A stretch of DNA of 45,450 nucleotides from Rhodospirillales bacterium (GCA_030746935.1 JASLLV010000001.1:1-45450); one strand, 5' to 3'. Positions 28,679-38,610 are shown, numbered from the stretch's first letter. Made by a program: numbers and translations. The notes: generated from the sequence alone by a model not told the origin.

Positions 28679-29892
28679 GCGTCCTCCTCCGCCGCCGCCA
28701 GCCGGCTCACGTTTTCGAGGTCCTTGTCGCCACGTCCGCTCAACGATACGACCACCAAGTCCCCGGGCGAGAGAGTGGCGGCGAGCTTGCGTGTCTGGGC
28801 CAGAGCATGGGCGGTCTCGAGCGCCGGGATGATACCTTCGAGGCGCGTGCACAGATGAAAGGCCTCGAGGGCTTCGTCGTCGGTGACGGCGACGTATTCG
28901 ACCCGGCCCGCGTCCTTGAGCCACGAGTGCTCGGGACCGACGCCCGGGTAGTCGAGGCCTGCCGAGACCGAATGTGCCTCGAGGATCTGGCCATCGGCGT
29001 CCTGGAGAAGATAGCTGCGGCTTCCGTGGAGGACGCCCGGGCGTCCGCGGCTGAGCGTCGCCGCGTGTTCGGGCGTGTCGATTCCCCGGCCGGCGGCCTC
29101 GACCCCCACCATGCGCACGCTCGCCTCGTCAAGGAACGGATGAAAGAGGCCGATCGCGTTGGAGCCGCCGCCGACGCAGGCGACTAGAACGTCCGGCAGC
29201 CGGGATTCCGCGGCCCAAATCTGGTTTCGAACTTCGAGCCCGATGCACGCCTGGAAATCGCGCACCATCATCGGATAGGGGTGCGGGCCGGCCACCGATC
29301 CGATCACGTAAAAGGTTGTGTCCACGTTCGCCACCCAGTCGCGCAGCGCCTCGTTCATGGCGTCCTTGAGGGTCGCCGAGCCCACCTCGACGGGGCGCAC
29401 TTCCGCGCCTAGCATCTTCATGCGCGTGACGTTGGGCGCCTGGCGCTCGATATCGACGGCGCCCATGTAGATGGTGCAGGGGATGTCGAACAGCGCGCAG
29501 ACGGTGGCGGTGGCGACGCCGTGTTGACCGGCGCCAGTCTCGGCGATGATCCTTCGCTTGCCCATGCGCCGGGCGAGAAGGGCCTGGCCGATGCAGTTGT
29601 TGATCTTGTGGGCGCCGGTGTGGTTCAGGTCCTTGCGCTTGAAGTAGATCTTGGGCCCGCCGAGGTGCGCGGTCAGCCGCTCGGCCGGATAGAGCGGGCT
29701 CGGCCGGCCGGCGTAGTGGGTCAGGTAATGGTCGTTCTCGCGCGCGAACGCCGGGTCGGCCGACGCCTCCGCATACGCGCGTTCGACCTCGAGCACGAGC
29801 GGCATCAGGGTCTCGGCGACGTAGCGGCCGCCGAATTCGCCGAAATGCCCCTTTTCGTCGGGACCCGCGCGATAGGTGTTGAGCTGTTCCAT
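28675..29892 (-). CDS. trpB: Tryptophan synthase beta chain
   Basis: It starts at the internal ATG at 29892 ([31 protein letters not shown]), with [11 protein letters not shown] and GGGSNAIG. Confidence 0.97.
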   Translation of the reverse strand: MEQLNTYRAGPDEKGHFGEFGGRYVAETLMPLVLEVERAYAEASADPAFARENDHYLTHYAGRPSPLYPAERLTAHLGGPKIYFKRKDLNHTGAHKINNCIGQALLARRMGKRRIIAETGAGQHGVATATVCALFDIPCTIYMGAVDIERQAPNVTRMKMLGAEVRPVEVGSATLKDAMNEALRDWVANVDTTFYVIGSVAGPHPYPMMVRDFQACIGLEVRNQIWAAESRLPDVLVACVGGGSNAIGLFHPFLDEASVRMVGVEAAGRGIDTPEHAATLSRGRPGVLHGSRSYLLQDADGQILEAHSVSAGLDYPGVGPEHSWLKDAGRVEYVAVTDDEALEAFHLCTRLEGIIPALETAHALAQTRKLAATLSPGDLVVVSLSGRGDKDLENVSRLAAAEEDA

Positions 29893-29977
29893 CGTCGAAT
29901 CGAGGGTACGTCCGGGCTCCGGGACTATAATGCGATCCGCGACGGCGCGCAGTACCGACGTGGCGGGGGCGCGGGCG

Positions 29978-30622
29978 TCACAGCCGCTGGGCCGCGGCCA
30001 GAAATTCGCGAATCTTCTCCGGATTCTTGACGCCGGGCCGATCTTCGACGCCCGACGACACGTCGAGTGCCTCAGCACCGGTCACCCGCACGGCCTCGGC
30101 CAGATTCGCCGCGCTCAGCCCGCCCGCGAGCAGCCACGGCAGCCGCCACGTCATCCCTGCAAGCAGATTCCAATCGAGGGGCCGGGCGTTGCCGCCGGGG
30201 CGGTCCGCGCCGGCGGGCGCCCGGGCGTCGAACATAAGCCGGTCGGCGACCTCTTCGTAAGCGTGGGCGCGGGCGAGATCGCCCGGACCCGCAACGCCGA
30301 TCACCTTGATCACCGGGAGGCCGAATAGCGCGCGCACATCGCGGACCCGGGCAGGCGTTTCGCTTCCGTGCAGCTGCAGCATGTCGAGGGGAGCCTGGGC
30401 CAGGATCGCGCGGATCACGTCGTCTTCGGCGTCGACCACGAGCCCGACCTTGGCGACGCCTTCGGGAACGTCTTGGGCAAGATCGGCGACCTGGGACGCT
30501 TCGACGTTTCGTGGCGAGGGTGGAAAGAAGACGAACCCGACGAAACGCGCACCGCCCTCGACCGCGGCGGCAAGGGCCGCGGAGTCGCGAAGACCACAAA
30601 TCTTGACGTCGACGGACATCAC
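29978..30622 (-). CDS. trpF: Phosphoribosylanthranilate isomerase
   Basis: 214 aa: VKICGL...[11 protein letters not shown]...LQLHGSE...LLAGGL...DVSSGVE. The start is GTG at 30622 or ATG at 30619. Confidence 0.9.
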   Translation of the reverse strand: MMSVDVKICGLRDSAALAAAVEGGARFVGFVFFPPSPRNVEASQVADLAQDVPEGVAKVGLVVDAEDDVIRAILAQAPLDMLQLHGSETPARVRDVRALFGLPVIKVIGVAGPGDLARAHAYEEVADRLMFDARAPAGADRPGGNARPLDWNLLAGMTWRLPWLLAGGLSAANLAEAVRVTGAEALDVSSGVEDRPGVKNPEKIREFLAAAQRL

Positions 30623-30768
30623 GTTAACGAATTAACCGTTTAAGCAATTCCATCGCGCACCCGCTGGCGGTCGCTCCAATCTTGCGATGCCGTGGGTGGC
30701 GGGCTGGCGTTGGGGCCAGTGCGTTTCCACGGAAGCGGACAGAGTATCAGCCCGGCGGCGACGCACCT

Positions 30769-31704
30769 TCACGTCCGCTGCAAGGCGAGGCTTGCCGCGG
30801 CCAAATCCTCAGCCGCCGCGCCGACGGACTTGAACAGCGTGATCTCTTCGGCGCCTTCGCGGCCCGCTGACGCGCCCCGGACGAGATCGAACAGATCGCC
30901 TTGGATGTCTTCGGCGGAGATTACGCCGTCGTTGATGGGCATCACCACGTCGCCGCCTTCGATGAGTGCGCCGCCGCGGGTATCGACGAAAACCCGCGCC
31001 CGGCGAACCGCTTCGTCGTCGGATTCGCGCATGTCGGGCCGGTAGGCGCCGACGAGGTCCACGTGCTGGCCCGGGCGCAGCCACTTGCCGAGTACGAGCG
31101 GCTCGGTCGACAGGGTGGCGCAGGTGATGATGTCGGCCTCGCCGACGCCGTCTTCGAGGCTTTGCACCGCGCGGGCCGCGAACGACTCTCCCGCCATGCT
31201 TTCGGCCAACCGCTCCGCCTTCTCGGGCGTGCGCCCCCAGATGGAGACCGTTTCGATCGGTCGGACGGCGGCGTGGGCGCGGATGAGGTGTGGCGCGAGC
31301 GTTCCGGTACCGATCATCAAATGGTGCGCGCTGTCGGCCCGCGAGAGATAGCGAGACGCCAGCGCCGACGCCGAGCCCGTGCGCCGCGCCGTCAGCTCGG
31401 CTCCGTCGATCAGCGCGAGCGGCGCGCCCGTCTCGCCGTCGAGCACCATGTAGGTGGCGTTGACCGACGGCAGCCCGCGCGCAACGTTGCCGGGAAAAAT
31501 CGATGCCACCTTGACGCCGATGAACGCGCCGGCGCGCCACGCCGGCATGAGAAGGAGCGTCGCTTCCGGCTGATCCTCCAGCACTATGGAGTGGTGGTGG
31601 CGGACCGGCACCGTGCATTCGATTGCAAACATCTCGCGGATGTGCTCGACCAGCGACGCATAGTCGAGTACGGGTCCGAGCTCATCCGCCGAAATGACGC
31701 GCAT
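30769..31704 (-). CDS. Ornithine cyclodeaminase / mu-crystallin family protein
   Basis: 311 aa: LLLMPAW...IGVKVASIFPGN...TARRTGSASALASRYL...IGTGTLAPHLIRAH. Confidence 0.75.
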   Translation of the reverse strand: MRVISADELGPVLDYASLVEHIREMFAIECTVPVRHHHSIVLEDQPEATLLLMPAWRAGAFIGVKVASIFPGNVARGLPSVNATYMVLDGETGAPLALIDGAELTARRTGSASALASRYLSRADSAHHLMIGTGTLAPHLIRAHAAVRPIETVSIWGRTPEKAERLAESMAGESFAARAVQSLEDGVGEADIITCATLSTEPLVLGKWLRPGQHVDLVGAYRPDMRESDDEAVRRARVFVDTRGGALIEGGDVVMPINDGVISAEDIQGDLFDLVRGASAGREGAEEITLFKSVGAAAEDLAAASLALQRT

Positions 31705-31718
31705 CCCGCTCGTCCGGC

Positions 31719-32129
31719 TCAGGCCGCGGCGCTCGTCGTGGGAATCGTCCGAACCACGGCGCGCTCGTTCCCGGTCTCGGCGTCACGCTCTTGGCGCGCG
31801 ATCCGCTCCCTGGCATCCGTGAGGGCGCGCGACAAGCGGTCCACGTCGCGAGCGGCATGGCGCGCGCGGCGCCGGACTTGGACGCCCGCGAGCCACGAGA
31901 GGAACCCGCCGAGCACGAACCCGCCGAAGGCCGAGGCCAGCACGAGCTCGAAGACCCGAATCTCAAGCGGGTATTCGAACGGCCAAAGATCAATCTGAAC
32001 GGGACCCCGGTTGGCGGACGAAAAGACGATGGCGGCGACGGCGATCGGAGCCGCTACGGCCCAGAAAGCGAGTTTGCCGGCGATTTTGCGGGCACGCCCG
32101 CGCACGCGCGGGCTATCGTGGCTCGGCAT
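31719..32129 (-). CDS. LapA/DUF1049-domain inner-membrane protein
   Basis: 136 aa with two TM helices separated by NRGPVQIDLWPF, followed by a charged coiled tail. It sits immediately downstream of ihfB. Confidence 0.6.
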   Translation of the reverse strand: MPSHDSPRVRGRARKIAGKLAFWAVAAPIAVAAIVFSSANRGPVQIDLWPFEYPLEIRVFELVLASAFGGFVLGGFLSWLAGVQVRRRARHAARDVDRLSRALTDARERIARQERDAETGNERAVVRTIPTTSAAA

Positions 32130-32135
32130 GGCCCG

Positions 32136-32420
32136 TCATCGCTCGGCGTTGAGCAACTCGCGCAACTGCTTTCCCGTCTTGAAGTAGGGAATGTGTTTGG
32201 CCGCAACGTGGACCGCCTCGCCGGTGCGCGGATTGCGTCCGATCCGGGCGCCGCGCGCCTTGGCCGAAAATGCTCCGAATCCACGCAACTCGACACGGTC
32301 GCCGCGAGCCAGCGCCGCCGTGATCTCCTCGAAGATGGTGGTCACGATGCGTTCCACGTCCCGTTGGTACAGGCGGGGATTGGCCTCGGCGAGACGTGCT
32401 ATCAATTCTGACTTGGTCAT
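32136..32420 (-). CDS. ihfB: Integration host factor beta subunit
   Basis: 94 aa: [12 protein letters not shown]...[28 protein letters not shown]. Confidence 0.9.
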   Translation of the reverse strand: MTKSELIARLAEANPRLYQRDVERIVTTIFEEITAALARGDRVELRGFGAFSAKARGARIGRNPRTGEAVHVAAKHIPYFKTGKQLRELLNAER

Positions 32421-32477
32421 GTGAGCCGATTCCCTCTCCTGCCCGTTCTTCGGGGCGCCGGCGCCGCGATCGACCGG

Positions 32478-33431
32478 TTACAAGAGATCAGGGTGCCAAA
32501 GGGAAACGAGGCCGTCAAGCATAAGCCGTTCAGAAAACAGTGTTTTTCCAAACACACCTTCGACGATGCCGTCGAGGAAACGGATCTCATCGTCGATGGT
32601 CACATCCTCGATCGGCAATGTTGTGGGGATGTCGCGGAACTCGTGCAACCACGCGCGCGCGTCTGCCTCGCCGCCGAGCGCGTCGATGAGGCCGTGGGCG
32701 TGCGCCTGGCGGCCAGAAAACACCCGCCCGTCGGCGAGCGAGACGGCCTTTTCGGGCGCAAGCGTTCGCCGCTCCGCCACCGTCTGAACGAAGAGTTCGT
32801 GCAGATCCAGGATCACGGTCCGGGTCACTTCGCGGGCCTCGGGCGAAAACGCCTCGAAAGGATTCGGTTGCGCCTTCAGCGGCCGACTTTTCACGATCTC
32901 CGGCTTGACGCCGAGTTTGTCGAGCAGCCCGGTGACGTCGGCCGCTTGCAAGATGACGCCGATCGAACCGGTCAACGTCCCCGCACGACCGACGATGTAG
33001 TCGGCACCGAGAGCGACGAAGTAGGCGGCCGAGGTCGAAAGCTCTCCCATGATCGCGACCACCGGCTTTCGTTCCGCCACGTGGCGCAAGGCGTGGAACA
33101 GGGTCTCGGCGCCCACCATGGTTCCGCCCGGCGAGTCGATGCGCACCAAGAGCGCGCGCGCGTGCGAATCGTCGGCAAGATCGGAAAGCGCCCGTTCGCG
33201 CCAAGGGTCGTCGAGGATAAAGCCGCTCACTTCGAGGCGGGCAACGTAATCGGGTGCGAACGGAACTCCGCCGCGTCCCGCGACCGCGACGACCGCGGCG
33301 ACGATCGCGACCACCGCGCCAACCCGCCAGAAGGTGAGGCTGCGCTTCAGTCGACGCCGGTCGATCACTTGGTCGGCATCCAACGTCATCTGGAATCTCC
33401 GGAACGCGGGCCTCGCAAGCGTCGCCGGCAA
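32478..33431 (-). CDS. sppA: Signal peptide peptidase SppA (36K type, S49 family)
   Basis: LVRIDSPGGTMVGAE...STSAAYFVALGADYIVGRAGTLTGSIGV. An alternative start is MTLDADQ (ATG at 33389). Confidence 0.8.
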   Translation of the reverse strand: MPATLARPAFRRFQMTLDADQVIDRRRLKRSLTFWRVGAVVAIVAAVVAVAGRGGVPFAPDYVARLEVSGFILDDPWRERALSDLADDSHARALLVRIDSPGGTMVGAETLFHALRHVAERKPVVAIMGELSTSAAYFVALGADYIVGRAGTLTGSIGVILQAADVTGLLDKLGVKPEIVKSRPLKAQPNPFEAFSPEAREVTRTVILDLHELFVQTVAERRTLAPEKAVSLADGRVFSGRQAHAHGLIDALGGEADARAWLHEFRDIPTTLPIEDVTIDDEIRFLDGIVEGVFGKTLFSERLMLDGLVSLWHPDLL

Positions 33432-33486
33432 ACCGGCCCAGGGCCGAACCGCGAGGGTGGCCCGAGCTCTCGCCGGCCCGGTCGGA

Positions 33487-35673
33487 TCAGGACTCGGGCT
33501 CGGCGGCGTCCCCTTCGGCTTCGTCGGCCGGGGCCTCGGCGGCGTCCTTTCCGGTGACCTTTGCCGCAGCCCCGGTCGCGGCCTTCGCCTTGGACCCGCC
33601 CTTGCTTCCGGCGCCGGCCTTGGAGCGAGGTTTCTCCTTCTTCTCCGCCTTCTTCACCGGTTTCGCCACCTTGGCCGGTTTGTCCTCCGTCTCCGCAGCT
33701 TCTTGTTTCCCGGGCTCGGGTGCCGGTTCGGCGTCATCAGCCGCGTCCGCATCACCGGTTTCGGCCGCGTCAGGCGCGTCAGCGACCGCCGCCTTCGACT
33801 CTTTCTTCTTTCGAGTCGTCTTCCTCGCTTTCGGTTCGGGGTCGCCCGCTTCGAGTGCGGGCGCTTCGGGCACCTCGGCGGCCTCGGTGGCCTCGGCCTG
33901 CGGCGCCTCGGTCTCCTCGCTCGCTTCGTCGCGCTCCCCGGCGTCCCGTTTCTCCCGGATGGCGGCGCCCAGGATGTCGCCGAGGCTGGCCCCGGAATCG
34001 GACGAGCCGTAATCGGCCATGGCCTTCTTTTCTTCCTGGACCTCGCGCGCCTTGATCGAAAGCACGAGCCGCCGGGCGCCGCGGTCGACCTGGGTGATCT
34101 TGGCGTCGACTTTTTCCCCGGCTGCGAATCGGTCGGGTCGCTGCTCGTTGCGGTAGCGAGACAGGTCCGACTTGCAGATGAAGCCGTTGATGCCCTCGCC
34201 GACCGTCACCTCGATCCCGCCGTCGACAACGGCCGCCACCGTGCTGGTCACCACGGCGCCCTTCTTCAAGGCTTCGATCCCCGATTCGAAAGGATCGTCG
34301 GTGAACTGCTTGATGCCGAGCGAAATGCGCTCCTTTTCCACGTCGACGTCGAGGACCTTCGCCTTGACAACGTCGCCCTTCTTGTAGCTGGCGATCGCGT
34401 CCTCGCCACGCTGGCTCCACGAAAGGTCCGAAAGATGCACCATGCCGTCGATGTCGCCGGTCAAGCCGATGAACAGCCCAAATTCGGTGATATTCTTGAC
34501 CTCGCCTTCGACTTCCGAGCCCACCGGATGACTCTCTTGGAAGTCCACTCTCGGATTCGGCAGGCACTGCTTCAGGCCGAGGCTGATGCGGCGCTTCTCG
34601 GGATCGGTGTCGAGCACCATCACCTCGACCTCCTGGCTGGTCGAGACGATCATGCCCGGCTGGACGTTTTTCTTGGTCCAACTCATTTCCGAGACGTGCA
34701 CCAGGCCTTCGACGCCGGGCTCCAATTCGACGAAAGCGCCGTAATCGGTGATGTTGGTGACCCGGCCCTTGAACCGGGTGCCGGGCGGATACTTGGCCCG
34801 GATGCCTTCCCACGGGTCCGCTTCGAGCTGCTTCATGCCGAGCGAGATGCGCTGGGTTTCGGCATTGAAGCGCACGACCTGGACCTTGACGGTTTGTCCG
34901 ACCTGCAAGGCCTCGGACGGATGGTTGATCCGCTGCCAGGCGATGTCGGTGACGTGGAGAAGCCCGTCGACACCGCCCAGGTCCACGAACGCGCCGTAGA
35001 CGGTGATGTTCTTGACGATTCCCTCGAGAGCTTGGCCTTCGGCGAGGTTCGCCACCAACTCCGCACGCGCCTCGGCCCGCGCTTCCTCGAGCACCGCGCG
35101 GCGCGAGACCACGATGTTGCCGCGCGCGCGATCCATCTTCAGGATTTGGAACGGCTGCGGCGTTCCCATGAGGGACTGGATGTCGCGCACCGGGCGGATG
35201 TCTACCTGGCTGCCGGGCAGAAAGGCCATGGCGCCCGATAGATCGACGATGAAGCCGCCCTTGACGCGGCCGAAAATGCTGCCAGTGACCCGTTCGTTAT
35301 CTTGGAAGGCCTTCTCCAGCTCTGTCCAGGCCTCTTCGCGCCGCGCCTTGTCCCGGCTTAGCGACACGATTCCATCACGGTCCTCGTAGCGTTCGACGAA
35401 GACGTCGACCGTGTCGCCCTCGTGAATATCGAGCTCCTCGCCGGCCGTCGCGAACTCCTTCAAGGAAACGCGGCCCTCGGACTTGAGACCGACGTCAATG
35501 AGAGCCACGTCGTCGTCGATGCTGACGACGGTGCCCTTGACCACCCGGCCCTCGAAATCCTCGTGCTCGCGCAAGGATTCCGCCAAAAGCGCGGCGAAAT
35601 CCTCGGTAACGGCGGGAGACGTCTCCCCGGTACCCGAAGCGGCGGCTTCGGTATCGGCGTTTGCGGATGCCAT
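33487..35673 (-). CDS. rpsA: 30S ribosomal protein S1 with a long low-complexity C-terminal extension
   Basis: 728 aa with six S1 repeats (for example GRVVKGTVVSID, GQALEGIVKNITVYGAFVDLGGVDGLLHVTDI, GTRFKGRVTNITDYGAFVEL). A roughly 156-aa tail rich in Ala, Glu, Lys, Pro and Asp follows ...GDILGAAI. Confidence 0.95.
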   Translation of the reverse strand: MASANADTEAAASGTGETSPAVTEDFAALLAESLREHEDFEGRVVKGTVVSIDDDVALIDVGLKSEGRVSLKEFATAGEELDIHEGDTVDVFVERYEDRDGIVSLSRDKARREEAWTELEKAFQDNERVTGSIFGRVKGGFIVDLSGAMAFLPGSQVDIRPVRDIQSLMGTPQPFQILKMDRARGNIVVSRRAVLEEARAEARAELVANLAEGQALEGIVKNITVYGAFVDLGGVDGLLHVTDIAWQRINHPSEALQVGQTVKVQVVRFNAETQRISLGMKQLEADPWEGIRAKYPPGTRFKGRVTNITDYGAFVELEPGVEGLVHVSEMSWTKKNVQPGMIVSTSQEVEVMVLDTDPEKRRISLGLKQCLPNPRVDFQESHPVGSEVEGEVKNITEFGLFIGLTGDIDGMVHLSDLSWSQRGEDAIASYKKGDVVKAKVLDVDVEKERISLGIKQFTDDPFESGIEALKKGAVVTSTVAAVVDGGIEVTVGEGINGFICKSDLSRYRNEQRPDRFAAGEKVDAKITQVDRGARRLVLSIKAREVQEEKKAMADYGSSDSGASLGDILGAAIREKRDAGERDEASEETEAPQAEATEAAEVPEAPALEAGDPEPKARKTTRKKKESKAAVADAPDAAETGDADAADDAEPAPEPGKQEAAETEDKPAKVAKPVKKAEKKEKPRSKAGAGSKGGSKAKAATGAAAKVTGKDAAEAPADEAEGDAAEPES

Positions 35674-35694
35674 TATGTTGCGGTCCTCTGTCCT

Positions 35695-35748
35695 CTCTGT
35701 CGTCTCGTTCGACTCTGTCGTCTCGTTGGTCCTTGTCGTCCCGTTCGA
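35695..35748 (-). repeat. Three tandem 18-nt direct repeats in the rpsA 5' leader
   Basis: On the plus strand the copies are CTCTGTCGTCTCGTTCGA (35695-35712), CTCTGTCGTCTCGTTGGT (35713-35730) and CCTTGTCGTCCCGTTCGA (35731-35748). A partial copy, CCTCTGTCC, lies at 35685-35693. The nearest copy is 21 nt upstream of the rpsA ATG (35673). Confidence 0.8.
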
Positions 35749-35870
35749 CCGGCCTCAGCGCCCGGATTTCCGGTGCCGGTTCTCAGCGATCGCCCTTTTG
35801 CGGACGCGGCCTCCGGGGAACGTGTCGGGGCGGCGATCTCCGGGATCTGATCGCGTCGGGTTCCCAGGTT

Positions 35871-36548
35871 TCAGCCCCGGCGCGTATAGTCCCGCGAGGT
35901 GATCACGTCAAGCGCCGTGGCGAAGACTTGATCGGCGCTCAGAGCACCAGTATCAATCACGATCGCGTCGTCGGCCGGCACGAGCGGGCCAAGCTCGCGG
36001 CCTCGGTCGCGTGCGTCCCGCTCCTTCATATCCTTCAAAACGCGGCTATGTATAGCGGCGTGCCCAGTCTCCCGCAACTCCTTAACGCGGCGGCGCGCAC
36101 GCACTTCGACGCTGGCGGTGACGAAAAATTTGACGTCCGCGTCCGGGCAAACGCGGGTACCCACGTCGCGGCCGTCGAGCACGGCGCCTTTGGCGCCCGC
36201 CGGCGGGTTCCGGGCGAAGTCGCGTTGAAAGTCGAGAAGGACGGCCCGCACCTCGGGCAGCGCACTGATCCGCGAGGCCAAATTCGCGCTCGCCTCGGAG
36301 CGGAGCTCAGGATCTACGAGGTCCGAAACCTGGATTGCGCGCGCCGCCGCGCTGGCGTCGGAGACGTCGTCGTTGTGGGCTCCGGCGCGTAGCAACCTGA
36401 GCGCGACTGCGCGGTACAGTGCCCCGGTATCGAGCACCGCGAGCCCGAAATGGTTGGCGAGCCGGCGAGCCAGCGTGCCCTTGCCGGCGGCCGCGGGACC
36501 GTCGATGGCGATGACCTTGGACCGGGACGGAGGATCCGGCGCGCTCAC
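35871..36548 (-). CDS. cmk: Cytidylate kinase
   Basis: VIAIDGPAAAGKGTLARRLA...LDTGALYRAV. The GTG start at 36546-36548 overlaps the aroA TGA (GTGA). Confidence 0.95.
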   Translation of the reverse strand: MSAPDPPSRSKVIAIDGPAAAGKGTLARRLANHFGLAVLDTGALYRAVALRLLRAGAHNDDVSDASAAARAIQVSDLVDPELRSEASANLASRISALPEVRAVLLDFQRDFARNPPAGAKGAVLDGRDVGTRVCPDADVKFFVTASVEVRARRRVKELRETGHAAIHSRVLKDMKERDARDRGRELGPLVPADDAIVIDTGALSADQVFATALDVITSRDYTRRG

Positions 36549-37876
36549 GCCGGCGCTTCCGAGATCCGGGCGCCGATACCGTTCATCAGGTCCACGAACC
36601 CCGGGAAGCTGGTGCGGATGGGATCGGCGTCGTCAATGGCAACCGGGGCATCGCTCGCACAGCCAAGAACAAGAAACGCCATCGCGATACGGTGGTCCAA
36701 GCGCGCCTTCACGGTGGCGCCGCCGGCGGGCGGACGGGCGGAGCCGTGGATCGCGAGCGCATCGTCGCTCATCTCCACCTCGACACCGCACGCGCGCAGG
36801 CCTTCGGCGATAGCTTGCAGGCGGTCGCTTTCCTTGACCCTGAGCTCGCCCACGTCGCGCATGCGGCTCGTGCCCTCGGCGCAGGCCGCGGCGACGGCAA
36901 AGACGGGAAACTCATCGATCATGGCGGCGACCCGGGCGGCCGGCACGTCGACGCCCCGAAGCGGCGCGGCGCAGGCGCGCAGATCGGCAACCGGCTCGCC
37001 GGCATCCACGCGCCGGTTCTCGAGGGAGATGTCGGCGCCCATCTCGCAAAGGGTCTCGAGAAGGCCCGTGCGCAGTGGGTTGACCCCTACGCCGGAGAGC
37101 CCAAGTTCCGAGCCCGGCGTGATCAACGCCGCCACGAGGGGAAAGGCCGCCGAGGAGAAATCACTGGGAACGGCGAGGGGAGCGGGGTTCAGCTCGGGCT
37201 GGCCGCGTACCGAAATCCAGCACCCGGCACGATCGGGCGCCGCATCCGACCACACCTCGGCGCCGAAGTGCCGGAGCAGCGTCTCCGTGTGGTCGCGGGT
37301 GGGGCGGCTCTCAAAGACGCTGGTCACGCCGGGCGCGTTGAGCCCCGCAAGCAGCACTGCCGACTTCACTTGGGCCGACGCCACCGGCATCTCGTAAGAT
37401 ACCGGGACCGGGTCTTGGGCGCCCACAACCGCGATCGGAAGGCGCCCGCCCGTGCGCGCTGTGAACACCGCCCCCATTGGGCGCAGCGGCGCCATCACCC
37501 GCTCCATGGGCCGGCGGCGGAGAGATTCGTCGCCGCTGAGGAAGCTCGCGAACGGCTGCGACGCGAGAAGCCCCATTAACAGACGCGCGCCAGTGCCGGA
37601 ATTGCCAAGATCGAGAACCGATTCCGCTTCCGCAAGGCCGCCGACGCCGCGTCCCAGCACCCGCCACACGCCGTCCGGCTGCCGCGCCACGTCGGCACCG
37701 AGACCCCGCAGAGCGCTCGCGCTCGCCATCACGTCCGCGCCCTCGAGAAGACCAGTGATCCGGGTCTCGCCCACGGTCTGGGCGGCAATCATCCACGCCC
37801 GGTGCGAGATCGACTTGTCTCCGGGAACTTGCACCTCGCCCGCGATACCGTCGCCGCGTCGCGAGACCAGCGCCAT
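36545..37876 (-). CDS. aroA: 3-phosphoshikimate 1-carboxyvinyltransferase (EPSP synthase)
   Basis: 443 aa from the ATG at 37874-37876 (MALVSRRGDGIAGEVQVPGDKSISHRAWM...LDLGNSGTGARLLMG...DHRIAMAF). Confidence 0.95.
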   Translation of the reverse strand: MALVSRRGDGIAGEVQVPGDKSISHRAWMIAAQTVGETRITGLLEGADVMASASALRGLGADVARQPDGVWRVLGRGVGGLAEAESVLDLGNSGTGARLLMGLLASQPFASFLSGDESLRRRPMERVMAPLRPMGAVFTARTGGRLPIAVVGAQDPVPVSYEMPVASAQVKSAVLLAGLNAPGVTSVFESRPTRDHTETLLRHFGAEVWSDAAPDRAGCWISVRGQPELNPAPLAVPSDFSSAAFPLVAALITPGSELGLSGVGVNPLRTGLLETLCEMGADISLENRRVDAGEPVADLRACAAPLRGVDVPAARVAAMIDEFPVFAVAAACAEGTSRMRDVGELRVKESDRLQAIAEGLRACGVEVEMSDDALAIHGSARPPAGGATVKARLDHRIAMAFLVLGCASDAPVAIDDADPIRTSFPGFVDLMNGIGARISEAPA

Positions 37877-38061
37877 GGCGCTTTGCCTTTCTCTGGCCAA
37901 ATCCTGCGCGGCGTCTCTATCACGTCCCGCCTGCCGGCGATAGGGAGCGAACGGACGGGGTGTCCCGCCACGGCGGCCCATTTTTCGTTTTGACACCGGC
38001 GGTGGATCGTGGCAATTGGCTCAGCCCGTTCGAGACCGCGCCGGCAAATCGGAGGTGGGTT

Positions 38062-38445
38062 GTGACGAAGCCGCAGTGGGGAACCAAGCACGTCTGCGAC
38101 AATTGCGGCGCGCGGTTCTACGATTTGAACCGCAGTCCGGCAACCTGCCCCATGTGCGACACCGTCCGGACCACGGGCAGATCTTCGAAACCAAAACGCA
38201 AGGCCGGTACGCCGCTGGTGATCGAGGAAACGGAAACGGAAGCGTCGGTCGACGGGGAAGAGGTTCCGGTGGACGGCCTCGACGACGGCGAGAAGGACGA
38301 GGCCGACAAGGACGAAGAGGGCGACGAGGTGTCGGAGGACAACGCCGACAAGGTCGAGGCCGACAAGAACGACGCCGACGAAGAGGATGAGGCGGACGAC
38401 CGGGGCGACGACGCCGAACCGGGCGACGATGCGGATCGCCCCTGA
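38062..38445 (+). CDS. TIGR02300 (FYDLN_acid) family protein: N-terminal zinc ribbon plus acidic tail
   Basis: The GTG at 38062 is preceded by GGAGG (38051-38055). The product reads KPQWGTKHVCDNCGARFYDLNRSPATCPMCDT, followed by an Asp/Glu-rich tail. Confidence 0.75.
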   Translation: MTKPQWGTKHVCDNCGARFYDLNRSPATCPMCDTVRTTGRSSKPKRKAGTPLVIEETETEASVDGEEVPVDGLDDGEKDEADKDEEGDEVSEDNADKVEADKNDADEEDEADDRGDDAEPGDDADRP

Positions 38446-38478
38446 CGTCGCGTAGCGGCCGGGGCGACACCTTTTTCC

Positions 38479-38508
38479 TTGCGCGCCGCCGTTTCGGGCC
38501 GGTAATTT
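38479..38508 (+). promoter_or_regulatory. Possible sigma70-like promoter of tRNA-Ala
   Basis: TTGCGC (38479-38484), an 18-nt spacer, then TAATTT (38503-38508). The -10 element ends 21 nt before the tRNA 5' end. This rests on motif reading only. Confidence 0.3.
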
Positions 38509-38529
38509 TCGAGCCAGGATGCGCCGGAT

Positions 38530-38605
<76 letters not shown>

Positions 38606-38610
38606 ATCAT

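Noticed and set aside
30623-30643. TTAA repeats near trpF as a CtrA box
   Set aside because: The TTAA motifs are spaced N4 and N12, not the TTAA-N7-TTAA of CtrA sites.
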